Below the pieces are notes generated by a model, which did not search any database, was not told the DNA's origin, and saw nothing but the letters and a program-made list of their open reading frames with translations. Both the position numbers and the translations under genes were made by a program. Source: Lama guanicoe (Eukaryota). Taken from it: a stretch of DNA of 64,000 nucleotides. The stretch is from positions 1,519,654 through 1,583,653 of the forward strand of contig MU053594.1 of assembly GCA_013239625.1 (NCBI GenBank). The letters run 5' to 3'. Below, piece after piece: positions 1 through 12,452 of this stretch; the stretch's first letter is position 1; every line of letters begins with the position of its first letter.

Positions 1-94
1 ACAGAATAAAGAAATATAGGTCTGCAAGATGGAGGGCAGAGAATTTCTACTTGATCTGTGTGTTTTATGCATTTCAACAATTATGACAGGTGAC

Positions 95-312
95 ATGGTA
101 TAGTGGTTATTAGCTCATATTCTGCAGCCAGATTCCCTGGATTCATATTCCTTCTCCACTTAACTAGTTATATGACCTTGAGCATAGACTTAACCACTGT
201 ATTACTCATTCGCCTCATTTTACACAAGTGTCATTCATTGCACTGAAATCGTAGAATTGTTGTGAGAATTAAATTATTCAATACATGTAAAAACATTTAG
301 AATGATGCCTCC
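95..312 (+). mobile_element. MIR SINE (ancient)
   Basis: Core MIR-like text 'gtatagtggtta...ctgcagccagattccctggattc...tatgaccttgagc...gttgtgagaattaaat...catgtaaaaacatttagaatgatgcct'. Confidence 0.75.
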
Positions 313-564
313 TGCAAGGCAAATATATTTACTATATATTTAATATAATTATTAGGGGGAAAAAGATTTGAAGCAAATTAATAATATTCAGTTCTAGTGT
401 TGCAGATATAAGAATTTGTAATATTGGTTCTTATATTTCTGGGGGTTTTTGAAACTCAAATTTTTAAAAGACATACAGAATTTAACTGAAAGGAGAAAGT
501 ATAAATATTTTACTCCTAAAAAAGCAATAAAATACTGTTCTAAAAGTTTGGATGAAAACATATG

Positions 565-2020
565 CTTTCAGCCAGGATGTAACAACTGGGTCCAGATTTA
601 CCCTCCACAGTAGAACAACTAGAAAGCTGGACCAAGTCTATGAAACGATGGTTTCCAGACAGTGGACAACAAGCAGCAATGGGCAGTGATACTTGAGATC
701 CTTGAGTGCGCCCTATAATTGTCCCAGATCAGTGCCTGGAGGCAGTTTCCAGGACACAGAGCAGAGAAGGAATATGCAAACAGAGCCCAGCATTCTCTCT
801 GAGTTGAGGGGCGTGAGAATGGAGTTCAGGGGGACCAAGGCAACTTGAATTTCCATGAAAGGACTCTGGAGAGAGGGTACCTGCAGAGAGAGCATCAAAA
901 ATACATAGAGGGAGGTTCTCAATTTTGGGGCTGCATAGTGAGCCACACAGGCCTGACCTGAAACTCTACAAGGAAATAAGTGAACCCAACAATTCTGGGG
1001 CTCACATTGGGTGAGAAATAATTCATACCATCACCAGCAAGAGTGAGGAGATCTCACAATACATGGGGCATCAGAAAGAGTGCTCAACAAGGTATTACCT
1101 TGGTACTGAGGCTAATAACCCTGTACTGAAGGCTGTTCTGAATCCACCCCATGAAGCATAGAAGTAAACCTTAGAAGCTTTAAACTAACTCCAAGTAGTT
1201 TCACTCTGTGACAGAGGAAAGTCCAATATTTTCTAAAGAAATACAACACAGTCCAGCAGTGAACAGCATATAATTCATGAGGTCTGGTATCCAATCCAAA
1301 ATTGCCATACATACAGAGAAGCAGGCAAGTATAACCTATAACCAAGAGAAAAATTAATCATTAGAAATGGACCCAGAAATTATAGAATTGATAGAGTTGG
1401 CAGAAAAGAATACCAGAATGGTTAGTATAGATACACTCCCCGTGCGAAAGAATGCAGAGGGAAACATGAGTGTGATGAGGTGACAAATGGAAAGCAATCC
1501 AAAGAAAGTCCCAACTAGAACTTCTAGGGACAAAAAAAAAATACAATAGCTGACATAAAATTTTCACTGAATCAGATTAACAGCAGATTAGATCCTAGAG
1601 GAAAAAACAACCAAAATGAAGCATGGAAGACAAAAGGGAAAAAGAACAAGTGGTCAAAAAAAAAAAAAAAACCCAAGCAGTTTAAAACTTGTGTACTTAA
1701 GTCTTAGGAAAAGAGAAGGAAGCAGACAAGACAGAAAAACTATTTGAAGAAATAATGGGCAAAATATTTATACAGTTGAGGAAAATGGTAAATCCACAGA
1801 TCTTAGAAGCTCAAAAAAGCCCCAAAAGAATAAAGACACAAATAACCACACCAAAGCAGGGGATAATTAAACTTCTGAGAGCCAGGTACAAGGAGAAATT
1901 TTTAAAAGCAGACAGATGGGGAAAAAATAAGATATTATACAGAAAGAAAGAAAAATAAGGATATTTGTAGACTTCTCATCAGAAGTTATGTGAGCCAGAA
2001 GAAAATGGAGTGAAATCTTT
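565..2020 (+). mobile_element. Old L1 (L1M-type) 5' UTR and ORF1 relic
   Basis: ORF 1755-1958 (NPQILEAQKSPKRI...IIKLLRARYKEKFLKA) resembles the L1 ORF1p RRM/CTD. It is followed by 'gacttctcatcagaa...gccagaagaaaatggagtgaaatcttt', typical of the ORF1 end. A-rich plus strand. Confidence 0.85.
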
Positions 2021-2794
2021 TGGCGAGGACACAGTTCTATCTGGGGAACAAAGCTGAAGCCATGCCCAAGTGTCCCTGAGCAATATCTCTATAAGAGAAA
2101 AAAAAGCAACAAAGGTTAGAACACAGACAAATCACAGGTTCACAGGTTTTATATAAAAATCTCTTGAAATTCTTCATTTTCATGATCACTAGAGTCATTA
2201 TTTAATTTACATCATAGGTAGCTTTAGTTATGAACTATGATTTCCTTTGGGTAAACTGATATTCATGGTTTTTGCCCTGTGCCAGCGCAACCTTTCAAAA
2301 TCCAATTCATATCAGAAAATGCAACAAAAATAAAATCAAGAATTATAAGTGATTTTTCATACTTTCCCCCAGAAGTTCAAGTGGAACAATTTTTGTAAGG
2401 TCTTTAAAATGTACCCAATATTGGCTGGGCGCCTTGAGGTCAAACTCAAACAGTAAAAGACATTTAAGGTGAACACATTTCAGTCTCGCGTTACATTCTC
2501 GTAACACCCGATGTTGACTCCAGAATCAATCAAAATAAGTTTTAGCCTTTTCATCTTTACAGCAAAACACCTGAATCCTTACATAGACTAAAGACTTCTG
2601 TGACTACAGTTTGTATTTTGTGATAACCGCTCAATCACAAGAAAAAAGAAATGTCACTTTCTTCAGGGTAATTTCCTGACTAGGACCCAATTAGATCCAC
2701 AAGTGCAAGAGATTGTTTTGCCAAATCCAAACCCAGTTGATCAGGTATTAAACTACCTTTGGCCTGAGCTCAGTATTATTTTTAATTTTTTAAA

Positions 2795-3010
2795 AACAAT
2801 TTTTGGGACATATTTTACATACCATAAAATTCACATATTTTAGACATGCAATTCAATGATTTTTTTTAAGAAATTGACCGAGTTGTACCATTGTCTTCAC
2901 AATTCAGTTTTCAAATATTTCCCCCCAAAGATCTCTCATGCTCATTTACAGTTGATCCCCTGGCAAACACAAGTCTACTGGTCTACATTCTGTCTCTACA
3001 GATATGCATT
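2795..3010 (-). mobile_element. L1 (L1MB-like) 3' end fragment
   Basis: 'ttttacataccataaaattcacatattttag...caattcaatgatttttt...gagttgtacc...tctgtctctacagat' is an antisense old-L1 3' UTR. Confidence 0.75.
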
Positions 3011-4429
3011 CATGTTTTCTTTTTAAAATGATCCCTTTCTAGCTTTATTTATTTTTATTTTTAAAAAACAACCTTCACTCTTCTTAAGGAAAATCTTTAC
3101 TGATTTGATCACTAGAAACTTAATTATTTAGGAAAAACTAACCTCCTTAAGGGCTAATAATAGATTTTCCCATTTTGCATGTCTAAGTAGCTCTAGATAA
3201 AGAGATTTTCTTGGTTATCCGTTTTGTGCATTTAAACAAGGGGACACGATCATATGCCACTTCCACTAGGAGGCACCAGCCTCTCAGAGGGGAGGAGGCC
3301 AGGTGACCTGAGCGGACCTATCTTTGGGCAGACTCAGTTAGCCTCCCTGGTGGGGTTCAACTTTCTGATCAGACACCTGAGCCACAGTGTCCCTTTTCTC
3401 ACTTCCTCTCTTTCAGAAGTTGGACAGCGTGACTTCTCCGTCTGATTCCTCCACCATCTACCTCTTTGTCTCTTCGGCTCAGCTCAGCCCAGCTCGGGCA
3501 TGTTGTGTGACTCTGCTATAGGACAGGTAGAAACTGCCTGGGACACTCAGTCATCCTTTCTAAGTGCAGGAGTTGCAGAAGCCATGGCCTCAGGCCGAGA
3601 TTCTAAAGTGACCCAAATAAAGTGGGAGAAAGCCACCAGTCCGAAAACCACTAGTCCTGGAGATGAACTTTTTGACAGTCACTGTCCAGGCTTGTGGCCA
3701 TCTCCTCCTGTTTTTCTTGGTCAGCTCCATTCCACAATGGGCATCACTTTCTGAACCAAATGATGGTCAAAGTTAGTGACTTAACACTTTTGTTGAACTA
3801 TCTGGAGTCTGTTTCAATTCGGTATGTTTAATATCCTACTTAAAAGTCACCTTTCTGAAGAATGAAGTTATTTCTGAGAACGCTATCCTCTGAAACTCAT
3901 TTTGAAAACCTCATTTGGCTTGCATAAAACAATGAAAGCCAAGGTCACAGCTCTCAAAAGACATTTCTGTAAAAACGAAGATTAGCTCACACATGTTAAA
4001 GTAATAACATCGCACTAAGCCTTTCAATTTTCTCTTTGAAGTCAGCCTCCCTGTCTTCAGCCGGCCTGCAGCTCTCACGCGACGGCTTTCACTGAAACAT
4101 TCCCGGAGCCCCGTTTCTCCTTCACTTTCCTGACACTCCTTCCAAAATCTACCAATGCTCGTGGGGTTCGGTGCCGATCATACTTCTGACACCTACTGTA
4201 ACTTTTTTGAGGACTCCAGATCAGCAAGAAGAAAACACAGTCAGGTCAGAGCATCCGGTTATGCAGCCAAGGATGCAGAGGGTTGTGCGAAGAGGGTGCG
4301 TACAGAGCTGCCAGTTGAGCAAATGCGGCAAATCGCAGGTCTTTGACTTTGCCCTCCAGAGCCCTTAATGGGCAGTGACGCTAAGCATGGGTCTTTCCAG
4401 ATCCCACAGGCTCATCTCTTGCACTCTCT

Positions 4430-4860
4430 TGGCCGCTATGCACTCCGGAAAGTTAGAGAAGGGAAAATGGTCATGTCCGCTTGCTGCCAGTGTTACCCCC
4501 ATAGCGGTACCTCACCCAGGCACCCACATGTACAGTAGAAGTTGGTCCCACTTTCCAGCTTCTGTCCACACTCCCCCTCAGGGTACCAGCTCCATCCAGG
4601 CAGCACCCCCGCCTCCAAAGATCTGAGCCCCAACAATGTGGGATCCTCCCCAGAGCTTCTGAGTTCTGATAGCCCCAGCCCCCTCCCTTTGCCCCCCAAA
4701 GCCGGGGACGGTAGCTGCTTCATGCAGTTATCGCCTCTGTTACCCTGTCACTGTCTCAGTCCAGTCCCCCAGCATCTATTTAATCAATTCCCTATATCCA
4801 ATTCTCCCTGTAGAAATAACTACTGTAGTTTCTGCTTTGCCATCTAGACTGAATAACATA
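4430..4860 (+). mobile_element. ERVL LTR33-like solo LTR
   Basis: 'ccctccctttgccccc...ggggacggtagctgcttcatgcagtt...aattctccctgtagaaataact...gtttctg' resembles the LTR33 3' half. Left boundary uncertain. Confidence 0.65.
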
Positions 4861-5729
4861 AACGTACATCCTTCTGCTGATTCTAAGACGTGCCACCTTC
4901 AAGCATTGTGCCGTCCACCATTTCACAGACTTCACCTGGGATTCGATGAAGGAAGAGAAATTGTTTCCAACCATCCCAGGCCAGGGGTGCCAGACCTCAA
5001 TCACTGTCAGGGATAAAATCGATCACACATCTGGGGAAATACCACAAGGCAGCGAATGTCCAACTGCCAAAGAACTTAAGACCCCTACACAACCAAAAAT
5101 ATACCAGCTTTGTACATGCCCTGAGGGTACATCTTATTTGCCATCTCGTCCTCTGCACACGCACCTCCCTCTCCCCCACCACACCCCACTTGCCAATCTC
5201 AGAATGAGGTAAATTTGTGTTGACACGAGTTACAACCACCCAGCGGGTATGTACCTTCCGACTGAGAGGAAATGAAATGCAGCATTTCTTAAAAAGCCAA
5301 TTATTTCCAACCTGTTCCATTAGAGTCAAACATGCTAAATGAGCATGTCACATATTGACTTTTGTGCCCTGTGGCATCTGGGGCCATAAATGTCCTGCTT
5401 ATCATAACACTCATCTCCACAGCCCTTGCAAATCCGGGCCCTCCCCAGGGGAACACACGTTGCTCGTTCATAACTCAGGATGGCAAGGAGACAGGCTGCC
5501 TAACGTAACAGAGCTGGTCTCCCCTGCGCCTCTGCACACACGGCCGGCCCTGCTGCACCCACCTCCCCTCACCACGAGTCAGGGAGCCTCTCCACCTGTG
5601 TCTCAGCAGATGGCAGGCAGTACCATGCAGCCAATGCCATTCCCCAAGAGAAGGAAGTCAGGCTGCCAGGGGACTGCTCCAGATGCGGAGACAGTGAGGG
5701 GAGCCCTGATGAAGCCCACTGGAAATACT

Positions 5730-5960
5730 TAAGCTTTGGAGTCAGAACAACCTGCATTTGAATCTTGGCTCCTTCACTTATTCGCTGTGAGACTTTGGAC
5801 AAGTTACTTAACACCTCTGAGCTTCCATTTCCTTCCCTGGAAAATGGAGCAGGTGACGCCTAGTATTCAGTCGTTGTGATGATTAAATAATAAAATGTAT
5901 ATAGAGCTGTTCCTATGGTACCCAGGACATTATCAGTGCCCGACTAGTAGGCATCATTAT
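5730..5960 (+). mobile_element. MIR SINE
   Basis: 'gctttggagtcagaac..cctgcatttgaatcttggctc...gactttggacaagttacttaacacctctgagcttccatttcc'. Confidence 0.85.
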
Positions 5961-6499
5961 GTTTTATTTTGTATAAATGTGAACAATTGAGTGGATTTCA
6001 GATGCTGAGGGAAATGCTCTGTCAATGAATAACTCGATCGCTGCTGCTGCAGGTATAATGAGAAGCAAAAAGCACGCAAATGCATCGCCTGAGTTCTTTA
6101 AAGTGACCACTGGCTGTGCCTCTCTGGGAGACGCACACCTTCTCACCCTTCTCTCCCCCTTCCTCCTCCACCCTCCCTGCGCAGGTCCTGGAGACCAGCG
6201 GGAAGGATTTTTCTGAGCTCTCCCGGTTAAGACACTCTCCATTCCTGACAAGTTTTCTCTGTGTCCTGCTGTCTACAGGATAAACATTAATGACTCTGCT
6301 TCTGATGATCAGCCAAGATTAGACGCTCTGCTTTTTCCAGATCCAGCCGGGAAAATCCCAGGCATCCAGCAGAGGTGCGTGCAAAGCTCTCAGCTCATCT
6401 CCTGAACTTTTACACAGGTGTGGTGTTTGGGATTCGCCAAGGTAGCTGCATAATTACTTAGAAAGAGTGTCTTCTGATTGTTCCTTTCTCTGCAAGTGC

Positions 6500-6760
6500 A
6501 GTCTCTCCTGATAGCATCACCCAAATGAATGCCTCCTAATTCTGTCGGAATGCATTTTAATTATCGCTGCTTCTTACGTTGGTGAGCTGTCGGTGAAATT
6601 TTTGATTTGTGATGGAAAATACGGAAGCCATAAAGTATTTTGGTGACAGCTCCGTGATTAGGCAGCATTGCAGCAAAACAAGTTGTCACAATAAAACTGA
6701 TCAATCAAGTTGTCAGAGTAAAACAAATTAATGCCACAAAAAACCTTGGCTAGAAATTAC
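6500..6760. promoter_or_regulatory. Candidate developmental enhancer (PBX-HOX / MEIS / posterior-HOX motif cluster)
   Basis: Non-repeat island with GCCATAAA (6627-6634), TGACAG (6644-6649), TGTCA twice, CAATAAAA (6689-6696), ATCAATCA = TGATTGAT (6700-6707) and several TAAT cores. Confidence 0.45.
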
Positions 6761-6845
6761 CTCCATATCTTAGGGTATTTGACTGATGAATTCCTTCAAT
6801 TAGCAGAAACTTCCATTTCATGAGCATTTCCAAGTCTACACTTGG

Positions 6846-6985
6846 TTTTGTCTTTTTTGGGGGGGGTGGGAGGGAAGGAATTGGGTTTTATTTATCTATT
6901 TTTCAGTGGCGGTACTGGGGATTGAACCCAGGACCTCTTGCGTGCTAAGCACGTGCTCTATCCCTGAGCTCTACCCTCCACTCCT
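6846..6985 (-). mobile_element. Vic-1-like camelid tRNA-derived SINE
   Basis: Reverse complement reads ggagggtagagctcagggatagagcacgtgcttagcacgcaagaggtcctgggttcaatccccagtacc (A and B boxes). Perfect 15-bp TSD caagtctacacttgg at 6831-6845 and 6986-7000. Confidence 0.92.
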
Positions 6986-7319
6986 CAAGTCTACACTTGG
7001 GATCTGAGTCGGCCCGCTTGCCCTGGAGCAGAGGAGTCACTGAGAACCAGGAGGCGTATCTGGAGAAGACAGTCACAGACTTGATTTTCAGAGATGCTTC
7101 GCTCCTCCCTAACTATGTGGGAGACTATCAGTATCTGAAAAATAATCTAAAGCTGTAAAGTTTTAATGCAAAATAAATACAAAGTCCATTGCCTACAATG
7201 CTACCAGTGGGACTGGATTTAATTTATTAAAATGTTTAATAATAGTCCTCTGGATGGAAAGACACTGTGCAGTTCTTAGGCACTCTTCTGTCTCCAGGAA
7301 AGACTTTGCCCAGACTGGA

Positions 7320-7820
7320 GACACCAGTCGCAGGACCCGTCTACCACCGTTCATGGTAACATAGACGGTGGCGTGTGGTTATACAGAGCCCCATCCCCTC
7401 ACAACTGGAGACTGGACCAGAGGTGGGTATGACCACTGATCCTGGTATAAAGTAATGAACTGGGCCAATCACATCCCATCCTTCAAGACTTAGCCAGGGA
7501 ACAGAATGGGCCAGTTGGCTATCGGAGCTGAACGTGGAAAGAGTACCCTAAGGTAGTATAAAGCCACCAATGGTCTCAGCAAGCCAAAGTTAGGAGTAAG
7601 CAACAGCTTTAGGGTAGAGGAAAGATACAGAGCAGGGCAGGAAGAAGTGAGTGGAGTGGCAAGAAGAGAAAGAGACAGTAGAGAGAGAGAATTGGGAATC
7701 AACGCCAGTCGCAGCCTCCATTCCAGGGGGCTCTCCAGGTTCAATGCCAATTTGTAGTCTTAGAATAAAATCCCCTTCACTTGAGAAAGCCGGAGTGGGT
7801 CTCTTTCTTGCAAACACTTT
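7320..7820 (+). mobile_element. ERVL LTR16-like LTR
   Basis: 'gactggaccagaggtggg...gggccaatcac...gagagagaga...aataaaatcccctt...gccggagtgggtctctttcttgcaaac'. Confidence 0.55.
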
Positions 7821-8885
7821 AACAAACACACAGGGGAACTGCAGAGGACGGGGGAATAGAGAAAGGAAGGGGGTCCACAAGAGAGTGAGTGGTGTTCAGA
7901 CTAGTCAAAACAGATCACCCAGTGTGCCGTACCAGATTATATCGCCTGCATATCATACCTTGTCCTATGTCAACTCGTGCTGGTCTGTGGGAGCCCCTCC
8001 ACAGTGCTAGGCATTGCAGAGTACCTCAGCATTGGAAGAAAGGGCTAAAACACAAAATGTTGCCTCTCAGGCATCCCCACTAGCAGCTGATCATTGTAAC
8101 TGGCGTGAATAGATACTCGACGCAGCAAAACCAGCAGTGGGTTCCTCTCTTGGAAGGCACTGAGTGCAACACTCCTTCGTCTGACCAGATACCACCCTCA
8201 GGAGACTTTGGCCACACCACCTTTGAGGGCAGAGATTCACATCTCATAAGGAAGAAATGATACAGAGTGGAGAGAATTAAAGATATTGTGACCAAGTCTA
8301 GCCCCAAATAATATTAGGATCATAAAAACTCTGTGCTTTCAGCTTCCTAAGGAATAAATGGCCAATATCTACACAGATGTGCGCACACACCCTTATGGCA
8401 CAAATTACTTTTAAATAAAACATTATATATGAATATATCCGAGTTCAAAATACTGAACTATCCAATGGCAGATCTTCCAATTATTCTGAGCAATGTCCTG
8501 TTAAAAAACAATAACGAAGCAATGATGTTTTAACGCTCTACAGAGTACATTTCATCTATCTCAGTACTACTGTCAATTCAACTCAAAGACCACAGATCCC
8601 TGAAAGTAAATTTGGCAACTGGAAGCTACAAGGTCAACTCAAACTTAATTTCCAAGTTAGGGCAAATATGCCAACTCCTTCAGAAAAGTGATGGCATGTA
8701 GTGGAGGATCTGAGTTGAGGGAAGTTGAAGATAACTCCAGTCCACACAGTTCTTTACAGCTCAGAATTCTGTCTCACCCACATCTATTGTGACCCTCCTC
8801 AGTACAACTCCCCAGATTAGATCCTATTATTTCTCTCATCTCCATTTTATAGTGAAGGAAGCAGATTCCAAGAGATCAAAAGACT

Positions 8886-9412
8886 TAGCCAAGACATGGA
8901 AGCAACCTAAATGTCCATCGACAGATGATTGGATAAAGAAGTTGTGGTATACATATGCACAATGGAATACTACTCAGTCATGAAAAAGAATGAACTAATG
9001 CCATTTGCAGCAACATGGATGGACCTAGAGATTATTATACTGAGTGAACTAAGTCAGATAGAGACAAATATATGATATCACTTACATGTGGAATCTAAAA
9101 ATAAATGACACAAATAAACTTATTTACAAAACAGAAACAGACTCACTCACATAGAAAATAAACTTATGGCTACCAAAGGGAAAAGGGGATAAACTAGCAG
9201 TTTGGGATTAGCAGATACAAACGACTATGTACAGAATAGATAAGCAACAACCTGGATAGCACAGGAAACTATATTCCCAGTAGCTTATAATAATAGCCTA
9301 CAATGAAAAAGTATATATATATATATGTATGTATATATAACTGAATCACTATGCTGTACACCAGAAACAAACAACATTGTAAATCAACTATACTTCAATT
9401 AAAAAAAAAAAA
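8886..9412 (+). mobile_element. 5'-truncated L1 (ORF2 C-terminus, 3' UTR, poly-A)
   Basis: [21 protein letters not shown] (L1 ORF2p C-terminus), canonical 3' UTR and A-tail. Appears to interrupt a MIR. Confidence 0.95.
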
Positions 9413-9863
9413 GATTTCCACTTGAGAAAGGCATCCTTTGTGCCAGCCAGACCCTTCCAAGCCATGAGGGGCAGGGTACTTTTCAAAGCCCAGTCCTATC
9501 AGTCTGGTTACATATGTTCTAGGTGGGACCCCAAGCAAAGGTTGCAGCTAGCAACAGGACCACAGCCTGGCAGCTCTGGCAGCCTCTAACCCCACCCTGG
9601 GTGATGCTTCTGCCTGCCTGGAAAGTCACCACCACTGCATCCCATCCATCCTACTCTACACACCTACCATATTCAGCTTCCAGCAAGCATGCATCCTGGT
9701 CCCTCATCCTCATCCCCACCCTATTCTGTGTTTCACCCACCCTCACCCTTCCTTCCACTGCCACCCTCCTGCCAAATTCAGTCCTCTGAGCCCAGTGGGA
9801 CCCTCATTCCTTCATAAACAGATATGCCACTCTGTTCACCACCCTTTCTCAAAACACTCTCTC

Positions 9864-9998
9864 GGTGAGGAGGGTATAGTTCAGTGGTAGAGTGCCTGCT
9901 TGGCATGCACAAGGTCCTGGATTCAATTCCCAGTACCTCCATTTAAATCAATCAATCAATCAGTCAAATTACTTTCTTCACAAAAATAAAAAATAAAA
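9864..9998 (+). mobile_element. Vic-1-like SINE
   Basis: 'gaggagggtatagttcagtggtagagtgcctgcttggcatgcacaaggtcctggattcaattcccagtacctcc', (TCAA)n/A tail, degenerate TSD aaaacactctct/aaaaccactccct. Confidence 0.92.
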
Positions 9999-10069
9999 AC
10001 CACTCCCTTTACCTCCCAGCAGTAATGGCACCTGCATTTCTCTCTCGCAGGAAGATGACCTTCTCCAGC

Positions 10070-10470
10070 TAGAAAGCAGAGGTCCACTTTGTTCACTGCA
10101 CTGTTTTCTGAACATGAACTGTTATTTCCAATCTCCTTGCCTTTGTTCATGCTGTTCCCTCTACCTGAGATGCTCTGTCTGCCCCTCTGGGTCACCTCAC
10201 TCCCCACCCCATCCTCCTCCCAAGCACTAACCCATCTATCAAGAGTAATTCATGCCTCCTCTTCTGGTAGACTTTTCTGACCACCTCCTTCCATCATAGC
10301 TCTGCCCTGTGCAGGGTTCTCTCATAGACACCCCGAACATTTAATTACAGTCATTTGTTGATATACCTCCCTCCCCTGCTATACCAGGAGCTTCCAGAGA
10401 GCAAAAATCACATCTTATCCATCTTTATACCCTCTGACAATGCCTGATAAATATTCACTGAATAGATAAA
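10070..10470 (+). mobile_element. L2 3' end
   Basis: 'gcctttgttcatgctgttccctctacctgagatgctct...atgcctgataaatattcactgaatagataaatg'. Confidence 0.7.
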
Positions 10471-11496
10471 TGCAAAAAAGCAAATAAAGGTGGCTAAGCC
10501 GGGACTCTTTAAGTCTTCTGATGTGAAACCCGGGGTCTTTCCACCACAACAATCAGGCACATCCAGTGACAACAGCTGAACCAGAAAAGGGGATGCCAGA
10601 GGGGGTGAGGAGGAGAGTGACAAAGCAACGAGTCACCTGTTGCTGCTCTGCCCTAACCCACAGCCACCTCCGCTGACTGGGGCCGAAGGCAGCATCGAAG
10701 AAGGTCCTGAAGCCAGTGCCCACTTCCACTGGCTTGAGGCCACTGTCACATTTCTTATGCATCAGGGGTGAGTTATAGAATCACCTAATATTCCAAAATG
10801 GAGGAAACTAAAAAATCATGTGGTTCTTCCTCCTGATATTAAAGAGGAAGACTCGGAAGCACAGAGAAGTAAAGGAACTTGTCCCAGGTCATGCAGTAAC
10901 TTGGGGACAGAGTCCAGACTCTAGACCCCCGGCCTCTCCCTCCCGGTCCATTGCTCCTTCTTCTACACCCTTGGCCTCTCATGATGTTGGGGATGAGAGG
11001 TCATTAAGTCCACAGGACCAGGACCAGGCACGTACCCCCAGATGTCACAGGAAGGAACCTCGGCTTCCTCCTCCCAGCCCCGGCCTTGGATTCAGGCAGA
11101 CCCAGGCTTAAACCCTACGAGCCTAGTGCAGGGGTACTAGTGAGTTCACCTCTGTGAGCCTCAAACTCTTCCCTTATACACTAGGGATTCGATAGCCTTC
11201 CCTCAGCGTTGATGTGAAATAGGTAACATGATCTATGCTGAAGCTCTTAGCAAAAGTTTCATGTGCATTAGGTGCTTAATGGGTAAGCACCTTAAATTGG
11301 TTTCGAGCCCGAGAAAAGTCATTTGCAAATGATGTTTCAGGCGTCCTTAAAAGCATTCTGCCAATAGGCAGACACCCCCAACCTACAGTTCTAGAGGGTC
11401 TTCCATATTTTGCCCAAGTCAAAAATGCTGCTTCTTTAACATGACAGAGTTCACTTTTATAAGCTCACTATCACCCAAAATTATTTTCTCAGTTGA

Positions 11497-11615
11497 GTCA
11501 GTAATAGTTAACCAGACGTATTGTGGTGCAATATATACAAATACTGAATCATTATATTGTACACCTGAAACTAATATAATGTTATATGTCAATTATAACT
11601 CAATTTTTTTAAAAA
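11497..11615 (+). mobile_element. Short L1 3' terminal fragment
   Basis: 'aatcattatattgtacacctgaaactaatataatgttatatgtcaattataactcaattttt'. Confidence 0.8.
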
Positions 11616-11639
11616 GTGGCATGCTAAAACACTGATTGC

Positions 11640-12452
11640 TCAGTTCATTGGGCACATTTTCTACTTTCTACATCACTGCAGACAATAACGTTAAGTTTCT
11701 GCCTCTCCATCGCAAAGACCTCCTTTCCTCAAATTTCCGTAATATGTTTCTCACTTCCCTTTGAGACCTCACTGGCAGTATTGTTGAAGTTTCGGATTCC
11801 TACTGTCTGTTCAACTTAGGTTTTCTCTGATACACACGTCAAAAATCTTCCCACGGCTCACGCATTGGTCAGTAAGAAACCCACTCCGTATTTTTAGGTA
11901 TTTGTACCAAAACCTCTATTGGATAGTTATTGCTGTGTAACAAATTATCCCAAACTTAGCTGCTTAAAACACTTACTATCTCATTACTTCTACAGGTCTA
12001 GAATCCAGATGTGGCTTAGCTGGGTGCCTCAAGGTCTCTTACAAGGCAGCTATCAAGGAACAAGCTGGGGGGAGGATCAACTTCCAAACTCTCTCATATG
12101 CTGTGGGCAGGAAGCAGCTCTTCATGGACTGTTGGAGTTTTTTGCCTTTTGTTGGTTTGGGGCTTCCCTTGGTTCTTTGTCACATGGGCCTCTCCAAGGG
12201 GCAGCTCCCAATGTAGCAGTTAGCTTACTTCCCCCAGAGCAAATGAGAGAGCGAGAGAGGTACGCCCAAGGCAGAATCACAGTCTTTTTTAGAACCTAAA
12301 GTGAGAAATGGCATGCCATCACTTTTCCCATATTCTACTAGTTCGTCATGAGACATGAGGTCCAGTCCACACTCAAGGGGAGAGGATTACACAAGAGCAT
12401 AAATACCAAGAGATTGGAATCATTGGTGGTCATCTTGGAAGCTGTCTACCAC
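11640..12452 (-). mobile_element. MaLR (MLT1-family) LTR pieces, probably two adjacent elements
   Basis: 'tattgctgtgtaacaaattatcccaaacttagc...aggggagaggattacacaagagcat...catcttggaagctgtctaccaca', plus an upstream MLT1-like block. Confidence 0.75.

Noticed and set aside
4155..4346. ORF with faint resemblance to RPS3A (RKHSQVRASGYA...QMRQI)
   Set aside because: No convincing nucleotide similarity, and no poly-A or TSD of a processed pseudogene.
9864..9940. tRNA gene (A box and B box present), likewise at 6846, 13764 and 18684
   Set aside because: The A-rich tail, TSDs and diverged multiple copies mark these as tRNA-derived SINEs.
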